Origin: an uncultured Candidatus Actinomarina sp.
Lineage (GTDB): Bacteria > Actinomycetota > Acidimicrobiia > Actinomarinales > Actinomarinaceae
Length of the DNA stretch: 64,000 nt
Assembly (NCBI GenBank): GCA_902610815.1
Contig: CACLXG010000004.1
Coordinates: 52,566-116,565 of the forward strand
Direction: 5' to 3'
Part shown: positions 10,006 through 20,810 of the stretch, one piece after another
Layout: every line of letters starts with the position of its first letter
Numbering within the stretch: the stretch's first letter is position 1
Notes under the pieces: model-generated
Database searches by the model: none
The model's input: the letters and a program-made list of their open reading frames with translations, nothing else
What the model was told of the DNA's origin: nothing
Program-made: the position numbers and the translations under genes

Positions 10006-11919
10006 ATGTTTGATAAAGTAACAAAATCTATTCGAGTCATATCGGCAGCAGCTGTTGAAAAAGCAAACTCTGGACATCCAGGAATGCCTATGGGAATGGC
10101 AGAAGTAGGAACTGTTTTATTCAAGAATGCACTAAAAATTTCAAATAAATACCCCGAATGGATTAACAGAGACAGGTTTGTCTTGAGTGCTGGACATGGG
10201 TCGATGCTACTTTATAGCCTGCTTCATTTCAGTGGGTTTGATATTTCAATTGATGATATTAAACAATTTAGACAATTGGGTTCAAAAACTGCCGGTCATC
10301 CTGAAGTTGATACTACATTGGGCATTGACATCACAACAGGTCCACTCGGCCAAGGATTTGCAACTGGAGTTGGGCTAGCTTTAGCTGAGTCTTATTTGTC
10401 TGAAGTATTAGGAAAAGATGTTATTGACCACTATGTGTATGGAATAGTTTCAGATGGAGATTTGATGGAAGGAGTTTCTTTTGAAGCTGCAGAATTAGCT
10501 GGTGTATGGAAATTAGGAAAATTGATATATATTTTTGATGATAACAACATATCAATTGACGGCAGTGTAGATAAAGTATCTATTACTAATCAAAAGAAAA
10601 AATTTGAATCAGTAGGGTGGCAAGTTTTAGAAATTGATGGTCACAATGAATCTGAAATTACTGAAGCTATAAACTTATCAAAAGAAGAAACTGATAAGCC
10701 TTCTTTAATTATTGCAAAAAGCATAATTGGTAAATACGCACCAAACAAACAAAACACGAGCTCAATTCATGGTGCACCGCTTGGTGGTAAAGAGATGGAA
10801 TTATTTTTAAATGAAGTTGGTTGGGAGGGAGATCTTTTTGAGTATGACGATGATGTTTATAAATATTTTACAGAAAAAAGACTAGAAGACGAAAAAAAAT
10901 ATGAAGATTGGAAAAGTAATTTAGATAAAAAATTAAAAAATGACGAATCATTCAAAATAATGTGGGACCAATTTTGTTCAAATGAATTAATATTTCCAGA
11001 AGAATTTGAAATATCTGATGGTGCGACCAGGGCAACAGGCGGAAATTACTTAAATTTAATTGGTTCAGAAAATAAATTTGTGGTCGGAGGCTCTGCTGAT
11101 CTTGCAGCTTCTACTAAGCAGGTTGTAAGCGATAAAACTTATTCAAGTGAAAATAGAGCTGGACAAAATATTGATTTTGGAATTAGGGAACACAGCATGG
11201 CTGCTGTAGTAAATGGAATTAATCTTCACAGTAAGTTGTTTGCTTATGGATCAACTTTTTTAGTGTTTTCAGATTATATGAGACCAAGTATGAGACTAGC
11301 TTCTCTTATGAATTTAAATTCTTCATATATATTTACACATGATTCAGTTTATTTAGGAGAGGATGGTCCTACTCATCAACCTATTGAACATCTTATGTCC
11401 TTGAGGTTAATTCCTGGTTTAGATGTCATAAGACCTTCAAATAGTGTAGAAATCCTTCACTCTTATAGATATCTTTTTTCAAATACTAAAAATCCTAAAG
11501 CTCTCTCTTTAACGAGACAAAATTTGGAGTATCTAGATTTTTCAATAGATTATGAAGAATTTCTGAATGGTGGGTATGTTGTTTCTGATGGAAAGGATAT
11601 TACAATTTTTGCTTCTGGTTCTGAGTTAAATGTTGCATTTGATTTAAAAGATAGGTTAAACAAATATTCTGTCAAGATTGTTAGCGTCCCTGTTCTTAAT
11701 AAGCTTACTCCTGAAAATGCATTGTCATTAAATACGACAAAGTACACTTTTACATTAGAGCTTGGTAAATCAATCGGCTGGGGTGACTATATTGGAGATA
11801 TTACTGAATCAATTAGTATTGAATCTTTTGGAAGTTCAGCACCTCAAAGCGATTTAAGTAAATATTTTAAAATAGATGTTGAGTCAATAGAAAAAAGAAT
11901 AAAAAGCTACTTGAATTAA
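10006..11919 (+). CDS. tkt: Transketolase
   Basis: SGHPG, DRFVLSAGHGS, TGPLGQG, GEDGPTHQP. Confidence 0.95.
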   Translation: MFDKVTKSIRVISAAAVEKANSGHPGMPMGMAEVGTVLFKNALKISNKYPEWINRDRFVLSAGHGSMLLYSLLHFSGFDISIDDIKQFRQLGSKTAGHPEVDTTLGIDITTGPLGQGFATGVGLALAESYLSEVLGKDVIDHYVYGIVSDGDLMEGVSFEAAELAGVWKLGKLIYIFDDNNISIDGSVDKVSITNQKKKFESVGWQVLEIDGHNESEITEAINLSKEETDKPSLIIAKSIIGKYAPNKQNTSSIHGAPLGGKEMELFLNEVGWEGDLFEYDDDVYKYFTEKRLEDEKKYEDWKSNLDKKLKNDESFKIMWDQFCSNELIFPEEFEISDGATRATGGNYLNLIGSENKFVVGGSADLAASTKQVVSDKTYSSENRAGQNIDFGIREHSMAAVVNGINLHSKLFAYGSTFLVFSDYMRPSMRLASLMNLNSSYIFTHDSVYLGEDGPTHQPIEHLMSLRLIPGLDVIRPSNSVEILHSYRYLFSNTKNPKALSLTRQNLEYLDFSIDYEEFLNGGYVVSDGKDITIFASGSELNVAFDLKDRLNKYSVKIVSVPVLNKLTPENALSLNTTKYTFTLELGKSIGWGDYIGDITESISIESFGSSAPQSDLSKYFKIDVESIEKRIKSYLN

Positions 11920-14876
11920 CAGCCAGTATATTTTTTCATTTCAGACTTAGTTCTATTTCCAGCTACACCGTCAGGAATTAATCCTACTTTTCTTTGAAAT
12001 GCTTTTATTGCTTCCTTAGTGTAAGAACCTATTTTGCCATCTATTATTCCTGGGTTAAATCCATTATTAGCTAAGTATGTTTGGATATCTGTAACAGTAT
12101 CAAGTTTTGCATTGGTATTGTTTCTTGGCTTGCAAATGTTTGCACTTTCACAACCTGTATAAGCTCTCATAGCTGCTTTAGTTTTATTGCCTACTATACC
12201 ATCTGCAAATAAACCATTTTTACTTTGAAATTCCTTAATTGCATTTTTGGTTTTTGGCCCTGTTTGGCCATCAATTGGTCCTGGATTAAACCCATTATTC
12301 GATAAAAATTGTTGAATATCTAATGTCGAATTAATTACAAGTGAAGAATTATTTTTTGGAACACAGGCATCATTTCCAGAGTTTGGATTTGCAACAGCTG
12401 TAGATTCTGCATCTTGCACTTCACCATAAGTTGCTTGCCACCCTTCTTGAAAGATATTTGATGTAAAAACTGATGATGGAATAAAAGAATTACTTATTAG
12501 ATTATTAATGATATAAGACACTTCACCAATAGAAATTCTTCTAGTTGGGCAAAATTTGTCGGTTAGTGAGCTACAAGCTGGAATGGAATTGGTTGAAGCG
12601 AGGATATTTATTTCATTAGTAAAGTTACTTGCACCATCATCAGAATATTTATCATTACTACCATTTAAATTGTCTGTCTCACCAGCATTTATTGCTACAA
12701 CTAATAAGCACGCAAATTGATCCCTAAAAACAGACTCAGATGGTTGATATTGAAATGGACCACCAATACACTTATTCATTCCATAATATGGAACAGCATT
12801 TATTGCTTTTTGGTATGGGCTTTGATCGTCATCGCTGTAAGCATTTGGAGAATCTAAAGGTAATTGAGCTGCAATTACAACAATAGCAGCAGCTTCTTCT
12901 CTTGTAAGAGTCTTTGCTTGACAGGCAGAGGAAGTTTCATTGCATAAATTTAATAATCCTGATTTTGATAAAAGATTTAAACCTGCACTCGATGTAGCAT
13001 ATTGTGCAATATCTCCAGTAGATGTAGTAACATTGTCTGAATCTTGAGTTGAGTTATTTACAGTTATAGGACCAATACTTAATGTTGATACATCTGACTG
13101 GCTTGATGTTGAAAAGTAATGTGACGTAAAACCAAGTTGAGATTTAATATTTCTTCCAGATTTTTTAACAGATTTTGCGTAACCGTTCTTATAGCCTTTC
13201 ATTGTTACTTCTAATGCTGCTCCAGACTCAGCAACAGATGAAACATAGATGTCAGTTATAGAATCAAAACAAGGTATATCGCCACAGAGTATATTTTTTG
13301 CTAACTGATATGAAGAAAAGTCATATGACCAAGCAGCTTTTGAATTGCCAACTCTATTATCAACCGACCATGGGTCATCGACAGTCTTTAAGTAAGGCCA
13401 GGGCGTTGCTGAACCAAAACCTACGACGTTATCATTAGTTTTGCCACCAGTAGATGAAGAATAAAATGCTTGAATTACTGAACTTTGTGTGTACCCACCA
13501 TCGTAGGTAATAACTTTACCAGCTGTATTATTAACTGCCTGTACCCAATTTGGACCAGCAATTTCTTTTAGATAACCATAATAATATTGGCTAGAAGCAG
13601 TAGAACCAATATGACACCAACAATATGATTGACGAGAATCAGACAATCCAGAATCAAAACTATTTTGTTTCGAGGGTTCGTTTTGTTTTAAATATTGAAA
13701 TACTGCATAGCTTCTACCTACTAAAGCCTGTGCCTCAAGAGCTTTAACATTCCAATGTGAAGGCATCTCGGCAAGCCCATATAGGTATTTTTCAATATTG
13801 ACTGCTAATGAAACATGAAATCCTGACGAAACATTTTTTGATCTTATCTTAAGAACCCCATGCTTGTGCTCTCTTGGGCCGACCCTAATTCTTCCACCCT
13901 CTGACCAACTGATTGAAATGTTGCATCCAGAAAGCTGTTTATTTATTAATGGGTGACCTGTAAAATAACAACCACCATTTGAATAAATTAAATTTATAGT
14001 TGCACCACCACTAATTTTTAATTTACCAAAGGATGATTCACATGGCCCATCTGAACTAGCTTCTGATTTAATTTTTTCCAATGTAGCATCGTCAATCGAC
14101 CCAGACTGATTAAGACCTACAGAAGCCTGATAACTTCTTAGTGCATTTGCTGTTTTTTCTCCAAATGCCCCATCTATTGGTCCAGGCTCAAAGCCACGAG
14201 AAGTTAAAAATGATTGCACTCCGGCAGTATTTGTCATACCATCTTGGCAAATATAAAGTGTTGGAGGGCTAGATGATGGGAGAGTAGTTAGTTGTATACT
14301 CTTAGCATTACGAGCAAGACCAACCCAAAGTGCATTGTTACTCGATGCAATATCTGGTGATGATAATTGAAGATTAGATAAAGTATTTACTGATGTACCT
14401 TGAAAATAATAGTTAACAACCTCTTCAGATGTACAGGAAGCAGTATTCTGACAAAAGTTAGCACCTAATTCCGTTAGACCTTTGGCACCGTACTGACTTA
14501 AACCTACACCATGCCCCCAACCACTTCCTTTAAAAGTAAAACTTACGGAACTGTATCCACGCATGGCTTGTTTTGTTGCTGGCCCTACTACTCCATCGGC
14601 ACTTAAACCAACAGTACTTTGGAAACTTTTTACAGCGCCATTGGTCCTGTTACCGGGAACACCATCGATTGGGCCAGGGTTGAATCCATTACAACTTAAA
14701 AAAGTTTGTATATCTTTGAGAGTATCTAAAGGAGCAACTGCATTATCGGCACAATTGAAAATTTTTGTATGTTTTATTTCTAAAGCATTTGCGGAAATTT
14801 TGAGGGTATTTAAAGCTGCGAAGCAAATAAATGTTATGAAAATTATCTTTGAAAAATTTCTTAGACCCTGTTTCAT
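11916..14876 (-). CDS. Secreted SpoIID/LytB-domain protein with four peptidoglycan-binding repeats and an SLH-like region
   Basis: Signal peptide; GWGHGVGLSQYGA and EKYLYGLAEMPSHW...LEAQA; repeats GF(N/E)PG(P/I)IDG...FQ...GL..DG. Confidence 0.85.
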   Translation of the reverse strand: MKQGLRNFSKIIFITFICFAALNTLKISANALEIKHTKIFNCADNAVAPLDTLKDIQTFLSCNGFNPGPIDGVPGNRTNGAVKSFQSTVGLSADGVVGPATKQAMRGYSSVSFTFKGSGWGHGVGLSQYGAKGLTELGANFCQNTASCTSEEVVNYYFQGTSVNTLSNLQLSSPDIASSNNALWVGLARNAKSIQLTTLPSSSPPTLYICQDGMTNTAGVQSFLTSRGFEPGPIDGAFGEKTANALRSYQASVGLNQSGSIDDATLEKIKSEASSDGPCESSFGKLKISGGATINLIYSNGGCYFTGHPLINKQLSGCNISISWSEGGRIRVGPREHKHGVLKIRSKNVSSGFHVSLAVNIEKYLYGLAEMPSHWNVKALEAQALVGRSYAVFQYLKQNEPSKQNSFDSGLSDSRQSYCWCHIGSTASSQYYYGYLKEIAGPNWVQAVNNTAGKVITYDGGYTQSSVIQAFYSSSTGGKTNDNVVGFGSATPWPYLKTVDDPWSVDNRVGNSKAAWSYDFSSYQLAKNILCGDIPCFDSITDIYVSSVAESGAALEVTMKGYKNGYAKSVKKSGRNIKSQLGFTSHYFSTSSQSDVSTLSIGPITVNNSTQDSDNVTTSTGDIAQYATSSAGLNLLSKSGLLNLCNETSSACQAKTLTREEAAAIVVIAAQLPLDSPNAYSDDDQSPYQKAINAVPYYGMNKCIGGPFQYQPSESVFRDQFACLLVVAINAGETDNLNGSNDKYSDDGASNFTNEINILASTNSIPACSSLTDKFCPTRRISIGEVSYIINNLISNSFIPSSVFTSNIFQEGWQATYGEVQDAESTAVANPNSGNDACVPKNNSSLVINSTLDIQQFLSNNGFNPGPIDGQTGPKTKNAIKEFQSKNGLFADGIVGNKTKAAMRAYTGCESANICKPRNNTNAKLDTVTDIQTYLANNGFNPGIIDGKIGSYTKEAIKAFQRKVGLIPDGVAGNRTKSEMKKYTGC

Positions 14877-14906
14877 TACTTCATTTTAGATAGAATTCTA
14901 TAATTA

Positions 14907-15260
14907 TTACAATTCTTCATTTTTTTTCCAATTTCTAAAATATCCTGTTCCAAATTCAAACCCTATGTAAATTATATAAAGCATATAAGTGATAGGGAAA
15001 AGTACTCCATTTAAACTTTGAAATAGATTAGGTACTAAAAAAGTTATGCTTGACAGCAAAATAATACCTAAAATTTTATTTTTTTTAAGTGCATTTAATC
15101 CAAAAATAATGAAGAAATAATACATTAAAAAAGAAATAATAAAATTCAACGACATGAATGAATCCATTGAATAATTATTTGTAATCGAAAGGAATAAAAT
15201 AAACAAAATTGTAATAGAGAATGCACTTCTAAAATTATTTTTAACAATTGTTTTTAACAC
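14907..15260 (-). CDS. Hypothetical membrane protein
   Basis: About 4 hydrophobic segments; GTG at 15260 with TACAAT 7 nt upstream. Confidence 0.7.
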   Translation of the reverse strand: MLKTIVKNNFRSAFSITILFILFLSITNNYSMDSFMSLNFIISFLMYYFFIIFGLNALKKNKILGIILLSSITFLVPNLFQSLNGVLFPITYMLYIIYIGFEFGTGYFRNWKKNEEL

Positions 15261-15281
15261 ATATAATATTGTAAAGTACAT

Positions 15282-15944
15282 ATGCAATTGAGTGAATTTA
15301 CCTTCGTATTTTTAACATTATGTATCCCTTTTTTAGGCTATATTGTCTACTCAACAAATCCGAAAAAAGGATTTAGTATATTATTTGTACTAATAATTGG
15401 GATAAATATTCTTCTAAATCAAAATATTTTCTCTTTATTAGGTGTCCTTTTTTTAATATTGTATTTATATTCTTTTGAAAAAGAGGTAAGAAAATATTTT
15501 GTTTTCATGAGCATTGCCTCATTCGCAGTGGCTTCATTTAACCTAATTGGCCAAAATTTAATATCAAGCTTTTTACCTATTTTATTAGTATCATCAGTCT
15601 TTTCTTCAATGATGATTGGCCATTGGTTTTTAGTTGATCCAACAATAGAAAGAATAGGAATGAAAAATATTTCTAAATTTTCTTCAGGACTTTCTATTTT
15701 GTTGTCTTTTCTAGTATTTATAAATATTTATGAAAGTAGTTCCATGTTTTTTAGTAGTGTATCTGAAAATCTACTCAACAATGTTGTGATTTTTCTTTAT
15801 TTATCATCAGCATTATTATCATTTGGATCGCTGAAGTCACTACAGGAAAAATCTTACACAGGTGTAATGGCAAGTACAGGTTTAAGTTATTTGGCATTAA
15901 TTGTTGCACTTGGTGCCTCTGGAACTTTAATACTTTCTGTTTAG
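15282..15944 (+). CDS. Multi-pass membrane protein with MMIGHWFLVDP motif
   Basis: Hydrophobic ORF with GHW(Y/F)L-type motif; function unknown. Confidence 0.75.
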   Translation: MQLSEFTFVFLTLCIPFLGYIVYSTNPKKGFSILFVLIIGINILLNQNIFSLLGVLFLILYLYSFEKEVRKYFVFMSIASFAVASFNLIGQNLISSFLPILLVSSVFSSMMIGHWFLVDPTIERIGMKNISKFSSGLSILLSFLVFINIYESSSMFFSSVSENLLNNVVIFLYLSSALLSFGSLKSLQEKSYTGVMASTGLSYLALIVALGASGTLILSV

Positions 15945-15959
15945 CACTATTCTTAAGTC

Positions 15960-16502
15960 ATGAAAATCTACACAAAAAAAGGTGATAAAGGTAAAACAAG
16001 CTTACTTTTTGGTACCTCTGTATCTAAGGACAATATCGCTCCTGAAGCTTATGGTTCAGTCGATGAATTGGTCGCTGCTCTCGGCCTTATTAGAAAAGAA
16101 GAGAAGCTTGATCATGAAACAAAAAATCTTGTATTAAAAATTCAAAGAGAATTATTTATTGTCGGTGCGGAATTAGCAACTTCTAAATCAAATAGAAAAA
16201 AACTTAAACCCAATGAGACTTTAGTTACAGAGTCTATGGTTGATGAATTAGAAAAAGTAATAGATGAATTGACCGAAAAAAATGGCATTCCTGAATACTT
16301 TGTTGTACCAGGTAATAATAGTATTTCATCTAAATTTGACTGGTGCCGTGTTGTTTCACGTAGGGCAGAAAGAAGATGTGTAACTTGGAAAGAGTTGAAT
16401 AAACTCGAAGATTCTTTTGTCATAACATACTTGAATAGACTTTCTGATTTATTATGGATGATGGCTCGTAACTACGAAGATGAATGGACTGCAAGTAAAT
16501 GA
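15960..16502 (+). CDS. pduO: Cob(I)alamin adenosyltransferase, PduO type
   Basis: KIYTKKGDKG, YGSVDEL, RRAER, YLNRLSD. Confidence 0.92.
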   Translation: MKIYTKKGDKGKTSLLFGTSVSKDNIAPEAYGSVDELVAALGLIRKEEKLDHETKNLVLKIQRELFIVGAELATSKSNRKKLKPNETLVTESMVDELEKVIDELTEKNGIPEYFVVPGNNSISSKFDWCRVVSRRAERRCVTWKELNKLEDSFVITYLNRLSDLLWMMARNYEDEWTASK

Positions 16503-17854
16503 ATGTAAAAGTTTTTTTTGTTAAAAATAAAGATTTATATTTAGAAGACGAATTAGAAAATATCGATTTAGTTAAAGATTTAATTCAAATTAATGGTTTT
16601 TCATCAAAGTCAAGAGAAATAATATTTCTTCCAAGTGAGTGTATTAAAGATTATGATTCTGCTTTGCTCGTAGGTTTAGAGGGTTGTTCAAATAATTCTG
16701 ACTACTTAGACATTGGATTAAAAATAGGAAAATCACTCTCTCAAGATACCAAACTTACTTTTGCAAATTCAAAAAAATTAAATTTGTATCATGTTGAGTT
16801 TGGAATTTATTTATCACAATATAACTTCGATGAGTTCAAAACTGAACAGCAAGAATTATTTAATATTGAAATTGAAAGCAATAATAATTCAGACGAGATC
16901 AAAAGAAAAATTAAATCTGTTTTTTGGGTAAGAGACTTGGTCAATTATCCATCTAAAACAAAGTCTCCAGAATTCTTTATTCAGAAAGTTGAAGAATTAA
17001 TTTCTGATTTAGAAATAAACTTAACTATTCATGATGATGATTGGCTTAGGAAAAATAATTTTGGTGGAGTAATTGGAGTTGGCCAAGGATCTGAGAGAAA
17101 GCCCAAATTCTTAATAGGTGAATTTAATCCAAATGCAAAGATACAAATTGCACTAATCGGGAAGGGAGTTTTATTTGATTCTGGAGGTCTGTCTCTAAAA
17201 TCTCCCAGTGGAATGGAAACTATGAAAACTGATATGACTGGCGCAGCAACTGCATGGGGAGTTATGTCACTCGTTGCTAGCCAGGAATTAGATATTGGAC
17301 TTAAGGTTTATACACCTTTAGTAGAAAATATGCCAAGTGGAAATGCAATAAGACCAGGCGATGTATTAACAATGAGGAATAATAAAACCATAGAAGTTTT
17401 AAACACTGATGCTGAAGGAAGGCTAATAATGGCAGATGCCTTAGCTTATGCTAGCGAGCATAATCCAGATTTAATTTGTGATGTAGCAACATTAACGGGT
17501 GCTTCTTATGTAGCACTTGGCCTTGATATTGGTGCAGTTTTCTCTAATGATGATGAAACTTTAGAAAACTATTTATCTGCGAATAAAAATTCTCATGAAA
17601 AATATCATAATCTACCACTTGAAGAAAGTTACAAACCCCTCATAAAGTCTGTAATTGCAGACATGAAAAATACTGGCGGTAGGTTTGGTGGTGCAATTAC
17701 CGCAGCACTTTTATTAGAAGAGTTTGTTGATGATATTAAGTGGCTTCATTTAGATATTGCTGGACCGGCAAGAAATAAAGACTCAAAAAGTGCTACTGGG
17801 TTTGGCACTATTGGTTTGTATAATTTTTTTGAAAGTTTTACGAAGAATCAGTAG
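16499..17854 (+). CDS. pepA: Leucyl aminopeptidase (M17)
   Basis: GKGVLFDSGG, MKTDM, NTDAEGRL, HLDIAG. Confidence 0.92.
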   Translation: MNVKVFFVKNKDLYLEDELENIDLVKDLIQINGFSSKSREIIFLPSECIKDYDSALLVGLEGCSNNSDYLDIGLKIGKSLSQDTKLTFANSKKLNLYHVEFGIYLSQYNFDEFKTEQQELFNIEIESNNNSDEIKRKIKSVFWVRDLVNYPSKTKSPEFFIQKVEELISDLEINLTIHDDDWLRKNNFGGVIGVGQGSERKPKFLIGEFNPNAKIQIALIGKGVLFDSGGLSLKSPSGMETMKTDMTGAATAWGVMSLVASQELDIGLKVYTPLVENMPSGNAIRPGDVLTMRNNKTIEVLNTDAEGRLIMADALAYASEHNPDLICDVATLTGASYVALGLDIGAVFSNDDETLENYLSANKNSHEKYHNLPLEESYKPLIKSVIADMKNTGGRFGGAITAALLLEEFVDDIKWLHLDIAGPARNKDSKSATGFGTIGLYNFFESFTKNQ

Positions 17855-20720
17855 ACGAACTATCCACGTAAATTATAAGAGTATCTCCTGTAGAAACAAC
17901 ACCACCTTGAGCCACATTAGTTCCAATCACTTTTCCTTCACATCCTTGAAGTTCTGATGTTTGGAAGTTCTTTTTGAAAAATAGAATAATACTATTTTCA
18001 CGCATAAATTCTTTAATTAAACTTTCAGCTTCATCACTTGAATAAAAACATGGTGGAATATTTGGTATATTAGCTGAAAGTTTTTTACCAGAAACCTCCA
18101 ATAAAATTTCTGTACCTTCTGGAACTTCCTCTTCAAATTCTATGTCCTGTGTTAACACTAATCCTGGTGCTTCGTCAGAATCAATTAATGTAATTTTTGG
18201 AAGTAAATAGTTTGAAAATGCTATTTCTTCAGCATCAATTATATTAAGTCCCTCCAATGCAGGTATGTTTACAGTCGGTATTTCATAATATTTTTCAATG
18301 TCACTTGGGTCAGATGGCCATTCAACTATTGGGAGATCCTCTGTAACTTTATTCATGAACTCCTTCCACATAGGGGCAGGAACTCTTCCACCAGATACAT
18401 TTTTAATGAGTTCTCCATTAATTTCTACATTAGTAAGTGGAAGCTGTTCTTCCGCAAAACCTACCCAGACTGAAGAAGTGTATTGTGGAATAAATCCGAT
18501 AAACCAGGCCTCTCTAAATCCTTGATGTGTACCAGTCTTTCCTGCAATTGGCCTATCATCTAATACTGCCCTAGTTCCAGTACCAAATTGTGCAGCAACT
18601 TCAAGTGTTTTTCTTACAGCTGCAGCCGCACCCGGATCTGGTATAGAAACTCTTTGTGAAACTATATTTTGGTACAACACTTGACCACTTGAGTCTTCAA
18701 TCCTTTCTATAAGATAAGTTGGAGCTAAGAGGCCGTTAGTTGCAAATGATGAATACGCTGATGCAATTTCAATTGGTGTAACAGCTCCCGCACCAAGTGT
18801 TAGTGAAATAACAGGATCTATTTTAGAATCTATACCAATCCTATTTGCTGTTGAGGCAAGCTTTTCTCCACCGAGCTCAGATGCCATTTGAGCAAATACT
18901 GTATTTATTGATCTTCTTGTAGCTTCTTCTAGGGAAATCATTCCAGATGTATCTAATAGTTTTATTGATCTGTTGTATTCACTTTTATCAATGCATGGTT
19001 TAAAGATATATTGTGTCTCACCTTCAATATTTATTTGAGTTAAATTTTCTTGGTTTGCAATTTCCTCTGGTTGAGTTATTACAGTTTGATCCTCTTCTAA
19101 TTCGAGACCTTCAATGTCTTCTTGATAAAGAATAGGATTACCATTTTCATCAAATTGGCCCAAGGCCTTACCTATTTCTAATAGCTTTTCTTGATCATCT
19201 TCAAATTCTTCAATGTTTTCAACAAGTGGAAACTGTTCAATAAAATCCTTGTTTTTTAAATCTTCTACATGGTAACCAACGCATTGAAGCTCAATTGCTT
19301 TATCTTGAGCATCGATTTTATTTAAATATCTATCAGCAGTAATAGATGTCCCATAATTTCTAACAACCCATTTTGTTCCTACGCCATCTGGAGCACATGG
19401 ATATCCGCAGTCAATCTCTACAGGGCTTCTTGAGTCTCTGTAGCTATATAACTTAGAGCCAGACTCTAATGCAGCCAATAAAGTTATTGGTTTGAATGCA
19501 GATCCCGGGTTTCGTTTACCTTGTGTAGCGAGATTATATTGCTCTTCATCAAACGGAATGCCTGAAGCCATTACTTCAATTGCACCCGTGTAATTGTTAA
19601 TTAATGTTATAACCCCAGTCGGCTTTGGTTCTGATTCCGCATCCTCTTTTTCAGAAGGAACCCAACTATTAAGAACTTTATTAGCATGTTTTTGAAATTC
19701 TAAATTTAACGTAATAAAAACATTCAAGCCTCCACCACCGGCACAAGAGGTGTCATCTGACGGACAACCAAAAATCTTTTTCTTTCGCTCTTCTTTTGTA
19801 TTGCCCAATACAGCAAATTGAGGATCATTTAGAAGCTGTCTTTTGACTTCTGCAACAACATGTTCTGCCTGGGAATCTATCTCTCTTGATTCTATAACAC
19901 TTAAAGGTGCTAATTTTGCAGATCTTGCTTGAATGTCTACTATAAAACCCTCTTTAAGCATTATGTTCAGAACATCATTTCTTCTTTCAATCACTCTTTC
20001 AGGATATTTTCTGGGATTGTAATACGCAGGACTTCGAATTATTACAACAAGTGTAGCTGCTTCGTCAAGAGTTATATCTTTAATATCTTTTCCAAAATAT
20101 TCATAAGCAGCTGATTGTATTCCATAAGCTCCAGAGCCCCAGTATATGGAATTTATATAATATTCTAAGATTTGATCTTTCGTATATCTACGTTCTAGTT
20201 CTGCAGCCACAACAGCTTCAGCAACTTTTCTTCTAACAGAAATTTCATCACCAACAAAAGACTGTTTAGCTACTTGTGATGTAATTGTGGACCCTCCTCT
20301 TGTAACGCCTCTTAAATTATCTAGTGCAGCACTCAAGATCGCAACAAAATCAACTCCTTCATGTAAGTAGTAATTACTATCTTCAGCAGCTAACAAAGTA
20401 TTGATTACAAATGATGGAACTTCATCAAGAGGAATAGGGTCTCTGTTTAATCCATCATGCAATTCGTCTAAAATTTGATTGTCTGATGTTATGATTGTTG
20501 AAGGTTCTGAAAGTGACACAAAATTTAAAACCATACCTTCTGCTCTAGGAAGAAACCTTTCTTCAAGTGAAGTGACAACTTCCATACTAGATTTAATTGG
20601 TAGGAAGATAAAAAATCCTACCCAACCTGCTAGAAGAATGCTTGAAATAAGAATTATAAAGCCAGCAACATATCTTGAACCGTATCTAGTTTTTGATTCT
20701 AAATTATGTATTTGTGCCAT
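17838..20720 (-). CDS. Class A penicillin-binding protein with PASTA domains and a large insertion
   Basis: AED..Y.H.GVD, GGSTITSQ, SAFK, SIN, KTG; start moved to MAQIH (TATCAT 6 nt upstream). Confidence 0.92.
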   Translation of the reverse strand: MAQIHNLESKTRYGSRYVAGFIILISSILLAGWVGFFIFLPIKSSMEVVTSLEERFLPRAEGMVLNFVSLSEPSTIITSDNQILDELHDGLNRDPIPLDEVPSFVINTLLAAEDSNYYLHEGVDFVAILSAALDNLRGVTRGGSTITSQVAKQSFVGDEISVRRKVAEAVVAAELERRYTKDQILEYYINSIYWGSGAYGIQSAAYEYFGKDIKDITLDEAATLVVIIRSPAYYNPRKYPERVIERRNDVLNIMLKEGFIVDIQARSAKLAPLSVIESREIDSQAEHVVAEVKRQLLNDPQFAVLGNTKEERKKKIFGCPSDDTSCAGGGGLNVFITLNLEFQKHANKVLNSWVPSEKEDAESEPKPTGVITLINNYTGAIEVMASGIPFDEEQYNLATQGKRNPGSAFKPITLLAALESGSKLYSYRDSRSPVEIDCGYPCAPDGVGTKWVVRNYGTSITADRYLNKIDAQDKAIELQCVGYHVEDLKNKDFIEQFPLVENIEEFEDDQEKLLEIGKALGQFDENGNPILYQEDIEGLELEEDQTVITQPEEIANQENLTQINIEGETQYIFKPCIDKSEYNRSIKLLDTSGMISLEEATRRSINTVFAQMASELGGEKLASTANRIGIDSKIDPVISLTLGAGAVTPIEIASAYSSFATNGLLAPTYLIERIEDSSGQVLYQNIVSQRVSIPDPGAAAAVRKTLEVAAQFGTGTRAVLDDRPIAGKTGTHQGFREAWFIGFIPQYTSSVWVGFAEEQLPLTNVEINGELIKNVSGGRVPAPMWKEFMNKVTEDLPIVEWPSDPSDIEKYYEIPTVNIPALEGLNIIDAEEIAFSNYLLPKITLIDSDEAPGLVLTQDIEFEEEVPEGTEILLEVSGKKLSANIPNIPPCFYSSDEAESLIKEFMRENSIILFFKKNFQTSELQGCEGKVIGTNVAQGGVVSTGDTLIIYVDSSSTDSS

Positions 20721-20810
20721 ATGAAAATGATAACCTTTATAATTACAAACCATTACTTTGTGAAGTTAAATTTCTAGCCTTATAAATGTTAATACTGTAC
20801 AATTGAAGCG

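Noticed and set aside
18950-19345. PBP insertion as an intein
   Set aside because: No recognisable intein N-terminal block, no His-Asn followed by Cys/Ser/Thr, and the protein is extracytoplasmic
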